From Amoebophrya sp. A120 (taxonomy: Eukaryota > Protista > Dinoflagellata): 64,000 nt of DNA. Made by a program: the position numbers and the translations under genes. Below, in pieces: positions 1 through 13,449 of this stretch. The first letter of the stretch is position 1, and every line of letters begins with the position of its first letter. The notes below the pieces were generated by a model. That model was not told the DNA's origin and ran no database searches. It saw nothing but the letters and a program-made list of their open reading frames with translations. The DNA lies in assembly GCA_905178155.1 (NCBI GenBank), contig CAJINV010000005.1:4071556-4135555 (forward strand), read 5' to 3'.

Positions 1-1609
1 CCTGTCGGACTCCCACTGCAAGCCCTTTCCACCAAGTAGTTTTTTTCGAATCAGACACTGAATTCTTTCTTTCCTCCTGTCCAACACGCCCATATTGCAG
101 TTCTCGTTCGTAGTACTAGTGCCATCGTCTTGATGTTGTTCGCTGACAAGTTCCTCGAGCACCGCCGTCCGAACATGCACGAGATCTCCAATATGCAGGG
201 TTCGCTCGAGTTCGGGTACAACAGGAGCCGGGAATGGCAGCCGCATTGTTCCACCTCTGCTCGCAACAGCACCAGCGGGGCTTTTGAACACCCGAGTGAA
301 GCGAGCGCGGTGCGAGAAGTCGGATTTCTGCACTAGATCGCCCACCAAGCGTCGCCGCTTTTTGTTCCTTTTGTCAGTCACTTTCGGCCTTGCGGTGCCT
401 TTACTTATTTTCAGCAGTTCTTTTTCCTCCTTTTCTTTCTGCTTCTTGAGCTTCAGCTGCTCTCGTCGCCGAATACGTTGCACCGCGCCGCTCTCGGGCT
501 GACGCGTGTTCCATTTCACCGCCGGGACGACCATATTCATATTCACATCAGCTTGTTCCCAGCGTCTGCTCCTTGAGCCGGCCACAGATTTCAGTTCGTC
601 GTGGTCATCTTCTGCCCCCGTCCAAGCTTTCAACGCATCTGCGGAACAATTGGAAAAAATGCGGGACGCCTGCGCGTGAGGCAGCAATAGCGCGGGCGGG
701 CAGTCGTCCGCTGTTTTTTCCGGTTCATGTTGTTCCCGGGGGCGTGGGAAGCTCCGCAGATTTTGTTGAACTTTGCCTTCTTGAGAGTGGTTGCTGCACA
801 ACGCTGTGGAAGAGAGCATTTGGCTCTGTTCGTGATATGCATCAAGCGCCTTGGCTGCAGAGTCGTGATCTGGAAAGTACACGTAGGCAGTTCCGCGACA
901 GAACCCGTCTGCATCCGTCAGAACCACACAACGCTCCACAACTTCATCTCGCCCGGGGAAAATGTAGCGCCGTACGCTCTTTTCTGTCGCAGATGAGGGC
1001 AGGTCGCGGACCACCAAAGACCTCAGACGCTTGTTTATTAGGCCGGTGCTGGCATCTTCCGGCGGGATGTTGCCGAAGCTTCTTGTTGAGCCCTTTCGTG
1101 GTCGCAAGAGCTCGCCGTTGGCTAACGCTGACCCACGTTTTACGCCGTCTACGGCAGAAAAATAACGGCTTGAGCACTTTTCTTCTTCCAGAACCAGCGG
1201 CGATCCTTGTCTCGCGGCCAGAGCGGGCAGGTCGGCCCGCGCTCCCTCTCCATCCCCGCCTCGACACTTTTTCATTATTTTCCCGCTTGCTCGTCCAGGT
1301 TGAGTATTTTTCGAGGTTTTGTCGTCCCTTTCGCGCGTCGGTAATGAAGAAGTTGCGCCGCCCTGGCTTTGCGGTGCACATGATCCCAGCTGCGTGCGGC
1401 TGCTTGTACAGCTAGTTGTAGTGTTTGAAACTACCTTGTTCTTCTGGCGGGTGCTTGAGCTTGTTTGATTCGATGAAGCGGCATTGTTGTGCGCGCCCGC
1501 GTTCGGAGGTCTCGGCTTCGCCACAACGTAGCTCGTTGAAATCCACGCGTCGAGATCGTCAAGATCGTCCGGCATCGTGCTTGCTGTCTGAAGAGTGGAC
1601 TCGCTATTG
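1..1609 (-). CDS. RRM (RNA recognition motif) protein, runs off the left window edge
   Basis: Stop-free minus frame from about 1609 (ATG at 1575; possible upstream exon in ORF 1620..1856) to position 1. It is missing from the ORF track because it has no stop. Encodes RSLVVRDLPSSATEKSVRRYIF...DADGFCRGTAYVYFPDHDSAAKAL (RNP2 and RNP1 motifs, about 835-1030). Confidence 0.75.
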
Positions 1610-2861
1610 CTAATAAAATCTAACAGGCTGAGTGCAGCCGCGTTAGGCTGAGTGCAGCCGCGGCAAAGAAAATGTCAAACTCATACGTAAAGTAATTTTT
1701 TGAGTTTTGACCGCCGGTATCCAAAAGTACTTGAGTCGCCCAGCACATCCGGATCGCCCTTTCGATTCTGACTCTGAGGGTAAACGAAAGCCGCGCCTGT
1801 GGCTTGTTATCATTGGAAATGGAATCTTGTTCTTCACGCCGCACATTTGATTTCATATTTTCTGCTACTATACTTTTCGATTTGTTCGAGTGCTACTATC
1901 ACAAGTGGCGTCCTCGTCATCTCAGAACGAGTATCTTTATGATCATCTCATCTGCCACCTTCACGCCCGAAAAGATAGTGACATTTTTGCTTTTCGCCGT
2001 ATAACAATCATATATCATTTCTCCGGAGTTACTTCTGATCATCAAGCCTCCGTTGTGATTTTGTGCTCTTATACACTGAGAAGAAGTATAGAAATTTTGA
2101 TCATCGGTCATCAATTTATTTCACTACAACTTCTTGGCATCTGGATCTACTTCGCTTCAGGTTTATTTTTCTGTGGACAGCAAGATCTTCCTAGCACGGC
2201 ACAACGATGGATTCTTTTTTTCTGATCGTAGGCCACCAGTTCAAAGAAGTTGTCTCGTTCTCGTGGTGTTCGATTTTGGACAAGAAAACTACTCATAGAA
2301 GGAGGTAATCAGCGTCATTCCGTGATCTCTTGCTGTTTCTTCGTTGTCGTGTTGGTTCATTCCGAAAACTCCTCGGCTCAACTTCACCTTCAGTCTCAGT
2401 GCAAAGAAACACGCGCCTCCACACAACCTAGGTCTTGGTGTCGTGCGGCGAAAGCCGTCTACGCTGCTCGCTGCAAGAAAAAAGTCGGGACCACAAGGTC
2501 TGGTGCTGCAATGAATCATGAAACAAACGCAACTCTTTAGAGAAACAGAAACTAACTGACACGCTTAATATAAGTATCAAGAACTGGTGTATAGTAGTAA
2601 ATCGTGCACTGCTTATTTTTCGATGATTTTCTGCATCTTTACGTTCATTATCATTACTGAGCCATAAAAGGAACTGCGATCATGCAGCTATTCCACGGGT
2701 ACTGCAAAAAGAAAGTTCACTTGGCGTCGATTGGTAGACTGTACTGTACTAGTTGCCCAGAAGTAGAAGAAGGAGGCACCTTCAGTAGAACTAGAGGAGG
2801 GACAAGAAGTAAGAGGTGGTGGACGTCGACGTTATAAATCTATAATAATCCGCATCCGCTC

Positions 2862-5800
2862 CTACACTTGTTCTTCCTGGTCTCTGCAGGCCGCCAGGTG
2901 TCTCAACCTGGCGTTTAGCTGCTGTGTTTGCGGATCAAACTCCCGCGCCGCGGAAAGCAGGTCCGCCTCTATTTGGGGGATGAGCTCGTCCGCAGGGTCT
3001 TCATCTTCGCGGAGTTTCATCGAGGCCTTGGGAGAACCCGACTGCGATGCCACGTAGTCACTCAATTTCTCTCGCACACTATCCAATAGCGTCTCTGTGT
3101 TCACGTTGCGCATGCGGCACGATTCTGTTGCAAACGTCGCAGCACCGCTGAGGGGCGGGAGAACTGGCGGATAGGAGGTGGAATGATCCGGAAGCTGATC
3201 GCTGCTGTGGTCCTGTTCGGCACTACCAGCTTGCAGGAGCGGGGTCCCTGATCAAAGTTCGATTTCTTTGCGGTGGGGACTGCTCAGCACAACGTGGTTA
3301 GCACCGAGACAAGCAATAATGTTACTGTTACATATAGTTATTACTACGATGGGAAGGAGATCCATAACCACGAACCCAATGTGATGGATGCCGTATATAT
3401 AATCATGGTACGGCCACGGCGTTATCTGTTGAAGTGACATCCTTGAGAGCTCGTTGTACCACATCACGAACATCCATAGCAGAGTGCTGGTTCTTACCTT
3501 TGGCATTCGGTGTGGGTTCCTTTAGTTTTTTGTGTGCACCGCGAGGACGAGCAGCTGGGTGTGGAGGTGGTCCACCAGTTGTATTAATACCGTCGGATTG
3601 CGTATGCGACCTGAAATCGCGAATTTCCGCGTCTGACTGCACCGTCGTTGAGGATATCGAACCGTCCGCGTTGAAGTATAAAAGCGGCCGGTTCTTTTGC
3701 GGCTGCCGCTGCTCGCTGCGCTGCGAATTGTCTTGCTCGGAAGGAGCTCCCACGTATTGCTGTGAAGCTCCTCTAGCATTTTGCTTGTGGTTTTGACCCT
3801 GCTTGTTTTGATTCATCGTGGTCTTCGCGTAATGCACTGCATTGTCGTAAAGTTGCGAGGTGGGATTCAGGTGCTGCACCGGGACGAACTCTTGTGGCGG
3901 AGCCGGACTGGTGGCACTTCTGTTGGTCGAGATAGCTGGGCCAGCTGCGGCAGGCGATTGATTCGTTAATATCTTCCGCGACCGACTGCTGCTGCTATCC
4001 ACTGCTAAAAACATGTCCGGTGGACCTGCAGGGATGCGACCTTGTGATGCGGATTTCACATCACACAAAAATTTGTCATGCGAGGAAACCAAAAGTTGCA
4101 CAATTTTTGCCACCGATGAAAGAAGGGCTTTGTGATGCGAATCTTTGCGCTGCATTGCAAGAAAGAAACCTTCTCAAAGCCTGTAAAAATGCTAGGGCGT
4201 ACATGCCAGATCCTGCTTGTTCTGGCTCAGGCAAAAGCTGCATCACAAACCTCTGCATCCTTCTAGACCCAGACATATTTCTTGCAGTGGATAGCTGCTG
4301 CTACTGGACGATTGCAGCTGTTGCTGCGTCGTCCAGAGACCGTGCGTATCAAGTGTAAAAATGTCTGGGTCTGGAAGATTCTGAGATTTGTCGTGCATGT
4401 TTTGCATGACCCAGGATGTCTGTAATGCGCGACCGCGCATCACAGGTTTTGAGCTGGCTTCCTGATGCCTACTCCGCATGAGAAACGCCATCCCCGCGTA
4501 GCACAAACTAGACTCCTCTTGCTGGTCATGCAATACAGATTTTTCTAGAGTCCAAAGTTAGCATCACAAGTTCCAATCTTCCAGACCCAGACACTTTTAC
4601 ATTTGATAGTGCGTCATTCGTGTTCTCTCTGCGCCGTCCTCGTCGCCGAGCCCTACTGCTCTCTTGGGACGACCACCTCCCGGAGAACTACCTCCAACTG
4701 GAACTGCAGCATCGGTGCCGGTGCTGGTTGATGACACAATTGTCTCATGCTGGTGGTGGTGACGATGATGGTGCTCATGTTCTTGACGATGTCCGCCCGA
4801 AACTGCCACGCTAGTAGCATCGTCACCGTGCCCGTGGTGGTGGTGGTGATGATGCCGTAGCTGTTCATCTTGACCAGAAATCGCAGTTCTACTCTCGACA
4901 ACTGCACCTGCACCCCCCACGACCTGGGGGTTGTAAGATTGGTGGTGATGGTGATGATGTGTAGCGTGCATGTTCATCGCGCTTCCGTCCACCGAGGTAA
5001 CATGCTGCATCGCGGTGTCTAGGGGATTTTTCATGCCAATCTGCGTCATCATAGTTGTACTGCTGCTCGTCGCCGACGCTGACGCTGTCGCACCCCCGGC
5101 GACAGAAGACGACGGCCGCTGCTTGGGGCTGTGCCGCACCATCATCGGAGAGCCGCCGCTCGCCGGGCTGTAACTGAGAGTAGACGAGGCCGCGGCCGGT
5201 CCGCCCGCAGGAGAAGCATGGTAAGAACTCGTTGGACCAAAAGGGCTGGGACCGCGAGGTTGGACGACAGCGCTTTGTTCTTGTTGCTGTAGGTGATGTT
5301 CCTGATGATATTCTAATTGCCCCCCTGGCCCTGCGACGCGTGCCATAATTGCAGTTCCACCTGGCGCGGCGGAGCCAGCGAACTGTTGAGTTGTGGCACT
5401 CGAAACCCCGCCGCGGCTAATGCTTGATGAAGTGCCACCGCCTACCACATGGTTACTCGGGTTCTTGGCAAGCAGGTTTAGGTACTGCTGCCCGAGGGTC
5501 AAGCCTGGCCCTTCTGGGCTGCGGGCTGTCGGCGTCGTGGGAGAAAGCTGAGGGCCTCCAGACGTGGAAATCAAACTTCCGGGTGACGCGGCAGCGGCCA
5601 GACCACCAGCCCCCGGCGGCGCGAATAGGGTTCCCGTGCCCGTCGTTCCGGCAGGGTAGTGGACTCCCTCCAGCCAGTAGTTGCCGCTCAGCCTACGGTT
5701 GTCGTCGAGCAAGGGCTGTGCGAGCAGCTGCTTCACTTTTGACGGAATCTTCTTGTATCGCGACGGCTGGGTGAACGCGCGATTCAGGTGGGAAATCGAC

Positions 5801-7124
5801 GTTGAGCCCGGATTCCACCGGTGGCAATCGCTGCTGTTCACGACACCCAGTCCCCGGCTCCCAATGTTCATGTTCGGGAACTCGTTGGCAAATGCGCTGT
5901 TGCCCGGGCCACGCATGTGGATATTGAACTTGGACTGCCGGATCTGCTGTAGAGATGCGAGACTCAAGCTCAAATTCTTGTTCACATTCAACATCTGCTG
6001 CTCCATCTCGATTTTCGAAACGTTGGCACTCGTCAGCTGCTCGTCGTTGTTGTAATCGTGCAGGTAGCTGCGGCCCGCTGCAGTCGTGGGCGATGCGTGG
6101 TCACCTGCGCTTTTGCTCAAGTACTCCGAGGCGAAGTAGTGCCGGTCCATGCTGCGCCTGGTCACGTCGACCGTGCTGTAGGATTGCGCCCGCTGGTGCG
6201 GTTTGGGTGCACGTTGCAGCACGACCCCGCACGCAGTTCGGCTCATGCGCATCTCCGAAATCGATGCACCTGCGGTTGTGATATAGGGTCTTCGCGAATT
6301 ATGCGAAGACTAACCACATGGATCATTTTCATACTCAGACTGAAGATCAGCAACAAGGTTTTTCACCATTATTTCTCATACTATTGGCATACCGGCGCTC
6401 GCCCCCGCCTCTGGGTCCACCGGGGCTTGCCGTTCCAAGTCGCGGACGGCGTACTCGAGATTTGCGGACACAATCTGCATGAGCTCGAAGAAGACCGCAA
6501 GAGGAAGCCCGTCGTGGTACCGTCGGCGCAACAGGATATCTTGCAGGAGCGGCGACTTGCTCAGGACCTGGTGAAACTGTTCCTCGGTGACTTTCTGGCA
6601 TTGTAGCACAAAGCGACATCCTGCTTCCAAGGCGTCCGCCTGTTGCTCCTCCGACTCTAAAACACCATTTCGAGTCGGCACGTCGTAGGTTTCTAAAGTT
6701 CGCGTTTGTGAATGATGTTCAAATCTTCATTTGTTAATATACGCTCACGCTGCAAACCCAGACATTCATGTTAACAAAGGCAAAGCACGCAGCTACTAGC
6801 TTGTAGGTGGTTGTATCATTCATCCACGACCTCCCGCTCTATGTTTCACGAGAAGAAAAACTGAAATCGTCAGAGCCGCGATCATCCTTGTTCGGGCTGC
6901 AAAAAGTGTATCAATTTCAACGAAGTGGAAGTACCGAAAATCTGCATCAGCCGCTGGTAGTTGAATCTTTTTGCGGCCGTCGCTGTGGTGCGCGGTGACG
7001 CGGCGTATACTGATTCTCTTGCATTGCGGTGGAAGTCTGGAGAATTCTTCAAACTCTGCGCCGCCACAACGACAGGCGAGTAAGCGCCGGCGCTCCAATT
7101 ATTTTGGGTCAGCATCATTTTCAT
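2862..7124 (-). CDS. Large low-complexity His/Gln/Gly-rich protein of unknown function, multi-exon
   Basis: ORFs 6882..7124, 6376..6681, 4597..6252, 3403..4155 and 2862..3113. Removing introners 4347-4608 and 3996-4293 (+5 nt each) gives ...RMTH|GLWTTQQQLQSSSSSS|SSRSRKILTNQ... Outer exon joins are not verified. Confidence 0.6.
3996..4293. mobile_element. Introner, diverged family 1, non-canonical intron
   Basis: TIR TATCCACTGC.../...GCAGTGGATA; TSD GCTGC at 3991-3995 and 4294-4298; frame restored. Confidence 0.9.
4347..4608. mobile_element. Introner family 1
   Basis: TATCAAGTGTAAAAATGTCTGGGTCTGGAAGA ... TCTTCCAGACCCAGACACTTTTACATTTGATA; TSD GTGCG; frame restored. Confidence 0.95.
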
Positions 7125-8008
7125 CTACTCGGCAATATTATACTTTCACGCAAACCGCTGTAGACGAAGCGAGGAAGAAGAACTCTGTCGGGTATACAGA
7201 AGCTGCATCAGCACTGCGACTGCGTTGATGTTGATGATAGTGAACCACGAAGACTGCAGCGGAGCGAAGTATTTAGTGTTGTGCAGAAGAAACTGATATA
7301 TAAAATCATGACCACTTGTTCGACTTGCAACAAAAAAAGGCTACTATGAGGGTGATTACGTTGCCAGAATCAGATCGATGAGCACCACGAGACACGGTAA
7401 ATTGCGAAGCAAAGTGTGCCGGAAACGCGTACGCGACGAGAACAGGGATCGAACCGGCGTGCCTGCATGCTGCAGGGCACTGTATTTTACCTCTCTCAGC
7501 TACTTAGCTTCGTTCTTCAGGCTAGTAAGTACGATTGATCAAAAATTTGTAGCTCTAGTAGCATTGCGTTTGACATGGTGCATCATGCTGGTGATGTGAA
7601 TCTGTATCCCGCTGTGAGAATGGTACCTCTCCGAACTCTCACAAGCTCGCGAACGCGATCTCGTTCACACTCAACATTGGTTTGACGTGTAAAAATTACG
7701 GTACCAAAGCAAAACCTAGACGAGCTAGAAATAAAGCAGACGGGCCCGCCATGCTAACCTTTTCATGCGACTCTCGAATCACCTCCACGTGCGAAACAAA
7801 GCGGTTGCGAACATATTTGAATTTCTGCAGTACTCGCTTCGCACTCAAAGTGGTGCTTACACGGGCTCGAAGACCCGGCTGCTGCGGCGCATGCCATGCT
7901 GGCAAAGTACAGCCCAGACGTGGTGTCGCTGGCTGAGTTGATGTTCAAGTTTTTTCTCTTCGCGTTCAACAAGATCAGAGAAGAATCTCGATGCATTGGT
8001 CGTGACAG

Positions 8009-11000
8009 TCATCCCGCAGACAGGTGACTGCTCCCACCACCTGGTACGCCGGGCGGCAGCATGGAGGACCCAGCAGGTGGCCCACCTTGGTGCCCGGCAC
8101 CAGCGCCTGCAATGTTGCCGCCTGCGCCCCCACCGCCCGGCGCTCCGTAGGAGGATGCTCCTGCGCCGGCACCCGTGCTTCCGGCACCGCCCCAGCGTAT
8201 GTACTCCTCGGTCTCCGCAGCCTTGTATTCTTCGCTGAGGGATAGGACCACCTCTTTGGATTCGTCGAATTCGTCCAGGGACTCGGAAAACATGGGCTCC
8301 TGGCGGTAATTTTCCAGGAACGCGTTGCGGGACCGGAGCTTGTCGTACTGCTTGATGCAACGATCGTATCGTACGAAAAAAGTGTTTCACTGTAAGGATT
8401 TTGCAATTTCTGCATCACAAGTTTGCTCTACATCACAGAGAAAATTTGCCATGCTAGATTCCTAAGGGAAAAGACAGCTAAAAATCCATTGTCTTGCATG
8501 TGTAGCAAGACAAACACTTCTCAGATACAGTTTCTGCATTACAAGTTCACAGTGAAGCAGTTTTTTCTTGCGATAGATCGAACAGGCCCGCGATCGCCGT
8601 GTGGTTGGCCAGCATCAAGCCCGAGACCTTGTTCTGGTGCTGTACGTAGGGCGACTGGCGGGAGAGCGCCACCTGGATGCTCGCAGGGCCCCACCGGATG
8701 AACTTCGCTAATTTGCGCTCCCGAATCCGCTGCAGCGACCGGTGTACCTGCGTGGGGTCTACTTCGCCCTGGATGATGTTCAAAATGCTGATGTACACAC
8801 CGCGTCTCGTGCTGCATATGGAGGCGTCAGAATTGAAATTGACAAAGTTGAAAAATTTGTGATGCATAAAACCGATACCAGTTGGAAGCCCAATTTCCAA
8901 GCGGCGCATGACAAATCTCGACGTCATCGAAATCCAGTTTGTCATGCTGTTTAGTGAAAGAAGGCATCCTTTGTCATGCTACTTTAGCAGCTCTACCCCA
9001 AACCCGAAACAGGCTCACAATCGGCCTCACTTGCAATCCCTGCAGGACAGTCACTTCTAGCCTTGCATTTTATGCATCGCAGATTATTTCAAATTCAACT
9101 TTGTCGATTTCGATCCTGACACTCCCATACTGCAGCTGACCATGATATTCTTGGCGTGGAGCAAACGCCGCATCACGTCCAGAACCGTGGTCTTGCGGAC
9201 CTGGTGTACGTTTTTCCGATATTTCTCTGTCAGTGTCGATGTCATCATAAAGATCATGATATCTATGCATGATCTTCCTGTTCGTCTACTTAACAAGTAG
9301 CGCATGACATGAGATTCAATAGAGCAGGTCGTGGTTGTGGATGACACCTGTCCTTCTTGCTAGACATAGTTATTTCCATGCTTGTTTGCGCAGGCGATAG
9401 GAAAAGCCAACACCTCCACCTCCGGCCCCACCCGGTCAGAATGAAATAAGTAGAGCTGGACTGATACTAACATGACTCACCAGAGGACTACGTCATTGTA
9501 TGCCTGCCGCGAACAACACGAGCACTGCCTTGTCACTGCGTACCGATCGATGGTTGTGGTTCTTGTACAGTTCTGCTAGAAAGAGTGTGCATGCATGGAA
9601 ATAAGCAACAAAATTGAATAAAATCAAAATCTTTGCTACCGCGGTTATTTGTCGGTCAATCATGAGTGGAGTATAGCCGGTCATGAGGAAATGGCACCGC
9701 GGGGTTGGGATCAAAGAAGCCACTATCCCGACGAGATCGTTATTCATGTACGATGGATATCGCAAGGTGGTCGTTGAGGCGGCCATAACTGAAAGAATGA
9801 AGTATATTATATTTGTATACCAGAAAACTCAAACTTCTTTGTATGTGCTTCTGCTTTCCCGTGTGATATGGCTCCATAGACGGTCGAATAACAAGAAAGG
9901 AACTTGTTTTTTTAGTTTTCATTCTCAGCTTCAGCTTTAATACTGCAATCAATGAATGAATTATGAACAATATCATCCACTGCAACAAGCATGAGCAGAG
10001 ATTAGGACCTCCTGCTTCTACCTGTGGAAACTAGTGTGTTGGTTTGTGCGAAGGTTGGGTTCTGGAGCTTCAAGCGATCCACTGCAATCCGATTCAGTGC
10101 CGTGTTGTCCAGAACCACCACGCAATCGGAGTTCAATGCGAGGCGCTTCAGCGTCAGAACGCTGTTATACGGTTGCACCACAACGTCGGAGGTTTCGCTG
10201 GACAACAGCGGAAATACCGAGTACGTCATTATCAACTTCTTCGGATACCTGTGGTGTTGTTGAGGACGAAGGTAAACGGCGGGAACTAAGTGGAATGGCT
10301 TTCGGCGGGCGCGCGTCAGCATCGCATCTTTCGACAAAGAGAAAGACGAAGTTCGCCCGCACTCTTGCATGAAACAGCTGCATTTCAAAAAATGTAGGCT
10401 GCAGCTTGAGCTTCAACTTCGTGCTCCATAGAAGGACATGAATGAATCATGTCGCAGTCGCATAAGAATCGTAGTTAATATAAAAAGTTTTCGAACACGA
10501 ACTACATGCTGATCCCCATCCGTTCCCGTTGCCCTTTGAAAGTAGCCACACTATATTACCAATAAGCTTCAGCTTTTCTTACCCGCAAGGACCGCAAGAC
10601 TAAACAAGAATTTTAGAAGAAGCGAATAGCACGGGCACGGGGACAGACCAGAACTTCTACAAGAATAAAACAAAATTATTTATGCGACGTCTCTCGCTCG
10701 TGCTCCCACCTTACCTGTCGTTTATGTTTTCCAAAATGTGCGACCCCATGCCGGAACCGGTGCCACCTGCGATGCGGTGTCCAATGCAATTATGCCCGCG
10801 TATGGAGCGTTGCGAAGCAAGGTTTTTTTTGTGATGCAGGTGTGTGGATGAAATGGACGGCGCGGAAGTTCTCATACAGGGCCAAGCATGAGGAGAAAAA
10901 ATTCTGACGCGGCGGCTGTGCGCTACCGTAGCACACATCAGCCACCGTGTGCGTAAGGCGTAACAGTTATGCTTATGCATGACGCACGAGAAACTACGAC

Positions 11001-11919
11001 TATGTGACAATCAAGGGAGTCAGGCTCTACTTAACTTGCTCGCGCCCTTCATTGATATGCACGACAGACACAGAGCCATACGTCCTGCCAGACAAGCATG
11101 ACACAAATCTTAGAAGACTGGCGGGACCACCTGCATCAGCGACTGACGATATCCAGCCAGCCAGTCAAATCTTGCAATCTTCCAGACTCAGACATATTTT
11201 GATTTCATACGGAGTGGATCAGGACGAAACCTTCGAGGCTGTCACTTCCGTCCGCCTCCCGGTCGATCATGTCGAAAATCTCTTCGCAATGTTTCTCGCC
11301 GGAGTGGAAGCCTTTTGCCTGATCATGGCGAATAAAAAAAGTAAAAGCAAGTACAACAAAATCGATTCTGCTCGTGCGCTACCGCCTCTTTCAAAGCCAT
11401 CACGCTGATTGCGTCTACTTGCAGAGGAACAGATAGAAGAGATGAGACGAGATGTGACTATTTCATTCTCATGCTGTGCGAGAAATGCGCCATCATGTGC
11501 GTCAGGTGCGGCGCAACCTGATCTTAGGCCACCTGCATGTTTCGGTGAACAAGCACAGATTTATTAATAATCCAAAACAAGAACAACTTATTTTATTTAG
11601 ATACCCAATTATTTCCTGCACCGCCACCCTCCTTACTGATGAAAATGTTCTCCGGGTTATACAGATCTGCATAGGACGAGTTTTGTATTGCATTGATGAC
11701 GCGCGGCTCGAGGTCGATGAGCAGTGCCCGCGGAATGTATTGCTCGTCATCCGCTTGGTAGAAGAAAACGTCTTTCCGATCGTCGGCCAAGTGCGTCGCG
11801 TAATCCTCCAAAATCCCCTTTTGGTTGATGCCATGCTCCGCGCAGAGCGTCTTCCAAAACTCCATACCAATCTGGTTCCCACATTGTCCCACCTGGAGCG
11901 TAATGATTTCTCGTGGCAT
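8009..11919 (-). CDS. TUBG1: Gamma-tubulin, 8 exons
   Basis: [18 protein letters not shown]..., GGGAGNNW|AKGF, HS|[13 protein letters not shown]|[14 protein letters not shown]|[48 protein letters not shown]|[23 protein letters not shown] introns at 11319-11604, 10249-10714, 9789-10021 and 9201-9639. Non-canonical introns at 10774-11210 and introners 8817-9129 and 8367-8575. Confidence 0.97.
8367..8575. mobile_element. Introner family 3 in gamma-tubulin
   Basis: TATCGTACGAAAAAAGTGTTTCACTGT ... ACAGTGAAGCAGTTTTTTCTTGCGATA; TSD GATCG; removal gives GLFD|RCIKQY. Confidence 0.93.
8817..9129. mobile_element. Introner family 2 in gamma-tubulin
   Basis: TATGGAGGCGTCAGAATTGAAATTGACAAAGTTG ... CAACTTTGTCGATTTCGATCCTGACACTCCCATA; TSD CTGCA; removal gives MVSCS|TRRGVY. 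Confidence 0.95.
10778..11209. mobile_element. Decayed family-1 introner forming a GT..GC intron of gamma-tubulin
   Basis: Right end TCTTCCAGACTCAGACATATTTTGATTTCATA, left end TGTCCAATGCAATTATG. The intron required to give HS|IAGG (10774-11210) is exactly element+5. Confidence 0.65.
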
Positions 11920-13449
11920 GGTGGGCTGCTACTTACTTCTCGCAAGACCTCCGGGTTGTAACAAAGCTGAAGGCCGCAACCGTGGAGCAGTGACTACCTC
12001 GGGCGGTTCCTTTCCGTGGTAGTGTGCGTGAGGAATCTGTTTGGATTCGTGAAAAGTTCTATGATGTCCTCCTTGTGGTCGTGGCTCACTGCACGCCACG
12101 CAATGGCATAATATCCGTCCTATTGACTCCTTCCGCGTACTACTAAATGCTGGTTGGGTTCTAGTCGTGCGCTTGTGGTCCGCGTACGTATTTCAAACTG
12201 GTTGGAAAGGCTCAACATGGCATGCCGAATTCGGGAGCGTCACACGTAGGAACGTGATACAGTGAAGCCCGGCTGTAGCGAAAACTCGCCTTCCATTGGT
12301 TCCTACATTTTCATCACGTGACCTGAGAGTATAGAAGTTTTACTTTTTGAGCTATAGCGCAAATAAAAATCTGAGGATGACACTGTGCCTGATTAACAAG
12401 CCACTACGTCAATATATTTCTTCACTTTTTCTGGTATAATGCCGTACACTAAAAAATGTGCGGAGCGAAGATGATCAGAGCCCGGTACGCAATTATTGCA
12501 GAGACATACGATGTCAAAGGTACGGCAAGGTATGAGATCCTCGGGTGAGAGTCATAGTAAAGAACGCCTCTGAAGATCGATACTTGAAAGAAAAAATCGC
12601 AAGCAGACAGATCTTCAAAAACGATGAGGCACGCATCGCGGGGACAACTTGACGGCAGAGTCGAGGAGATCTATTTTGACGAAGAACTTTATTTGTCCGT
12701 CACAGCACACAAATATTAACGCGAGCACACGACACGTCACAGGACAATCATAATCGTAATTCACAGCACATCCGACTCGTCCCGCAACAAATCTGCAGCA
12801 TTGGTTTGCTGTGTAGCTTTCGCGATCAACTTGATTTCGTTCGGGTGCCACTTCATCTGCTTTCTGATGTTACGAGGAAGACCATGCACAACAAATTAAT
12901 ATACTTAAACGAAGGTCCTTCTCCATCGATCTCGTCTACATGTTCATGCGTTTTTCGCAACGCGGCAGCATCATAATAAGTGCAGCAGACGTAGAAGTAT
13001 ACTCCTGGACGAATTGTAAGCTTGATACACCATGCGCGTCTCGCCACATCGTAGTGTAAGGAACATGTCTGGCGAATTCAGTGGAGCATCGCAGTTTGCG
13101 CCCTGCTTCTCTGGCGTAGTTGCGCAGCCACGCTACTTCTTTTGTTCTTGCATGGCTTGTTCCTTCCTTCTTGGAACGAAAGTTGTGAGGTGGCGCGTCA
13201 ACGAGTATGGCAGCTACAACTTACTACACACGGTAAAGGCATGTCGTCCCTGCGCCTGCGGCAGACACTGACAGGAGGCTTTTTTTCATTCTCCTGGTAA
13301 ACCAAAATGTTTTCGCGTCACGGTCGCCGTTGTAGTCGGAAGTAGATCCACAGGGCACGGGAAGTATGTATGTGGATCACGACGGATCCGGACCCAAATG
13401 AAAAATGAGTATAGTAATTCAGTGTTTGTTCGCCCCTCAAAGAACCACG

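Noticed and set aside
573-1415. 280-aa plus-strand ORF and other long plus-strand ORFs
   Set aside because: Antisense shadows of minus-strand coding exons, with no recognisable domains.
3996-9129. Element+TSD lengths of several early copies are multiples of 3 (303, 267, 318), suggesting read-through or intein-like behaviour
   Set aside because: Others are not (214, 340, 266), and in-frame stops occur inside the elements.
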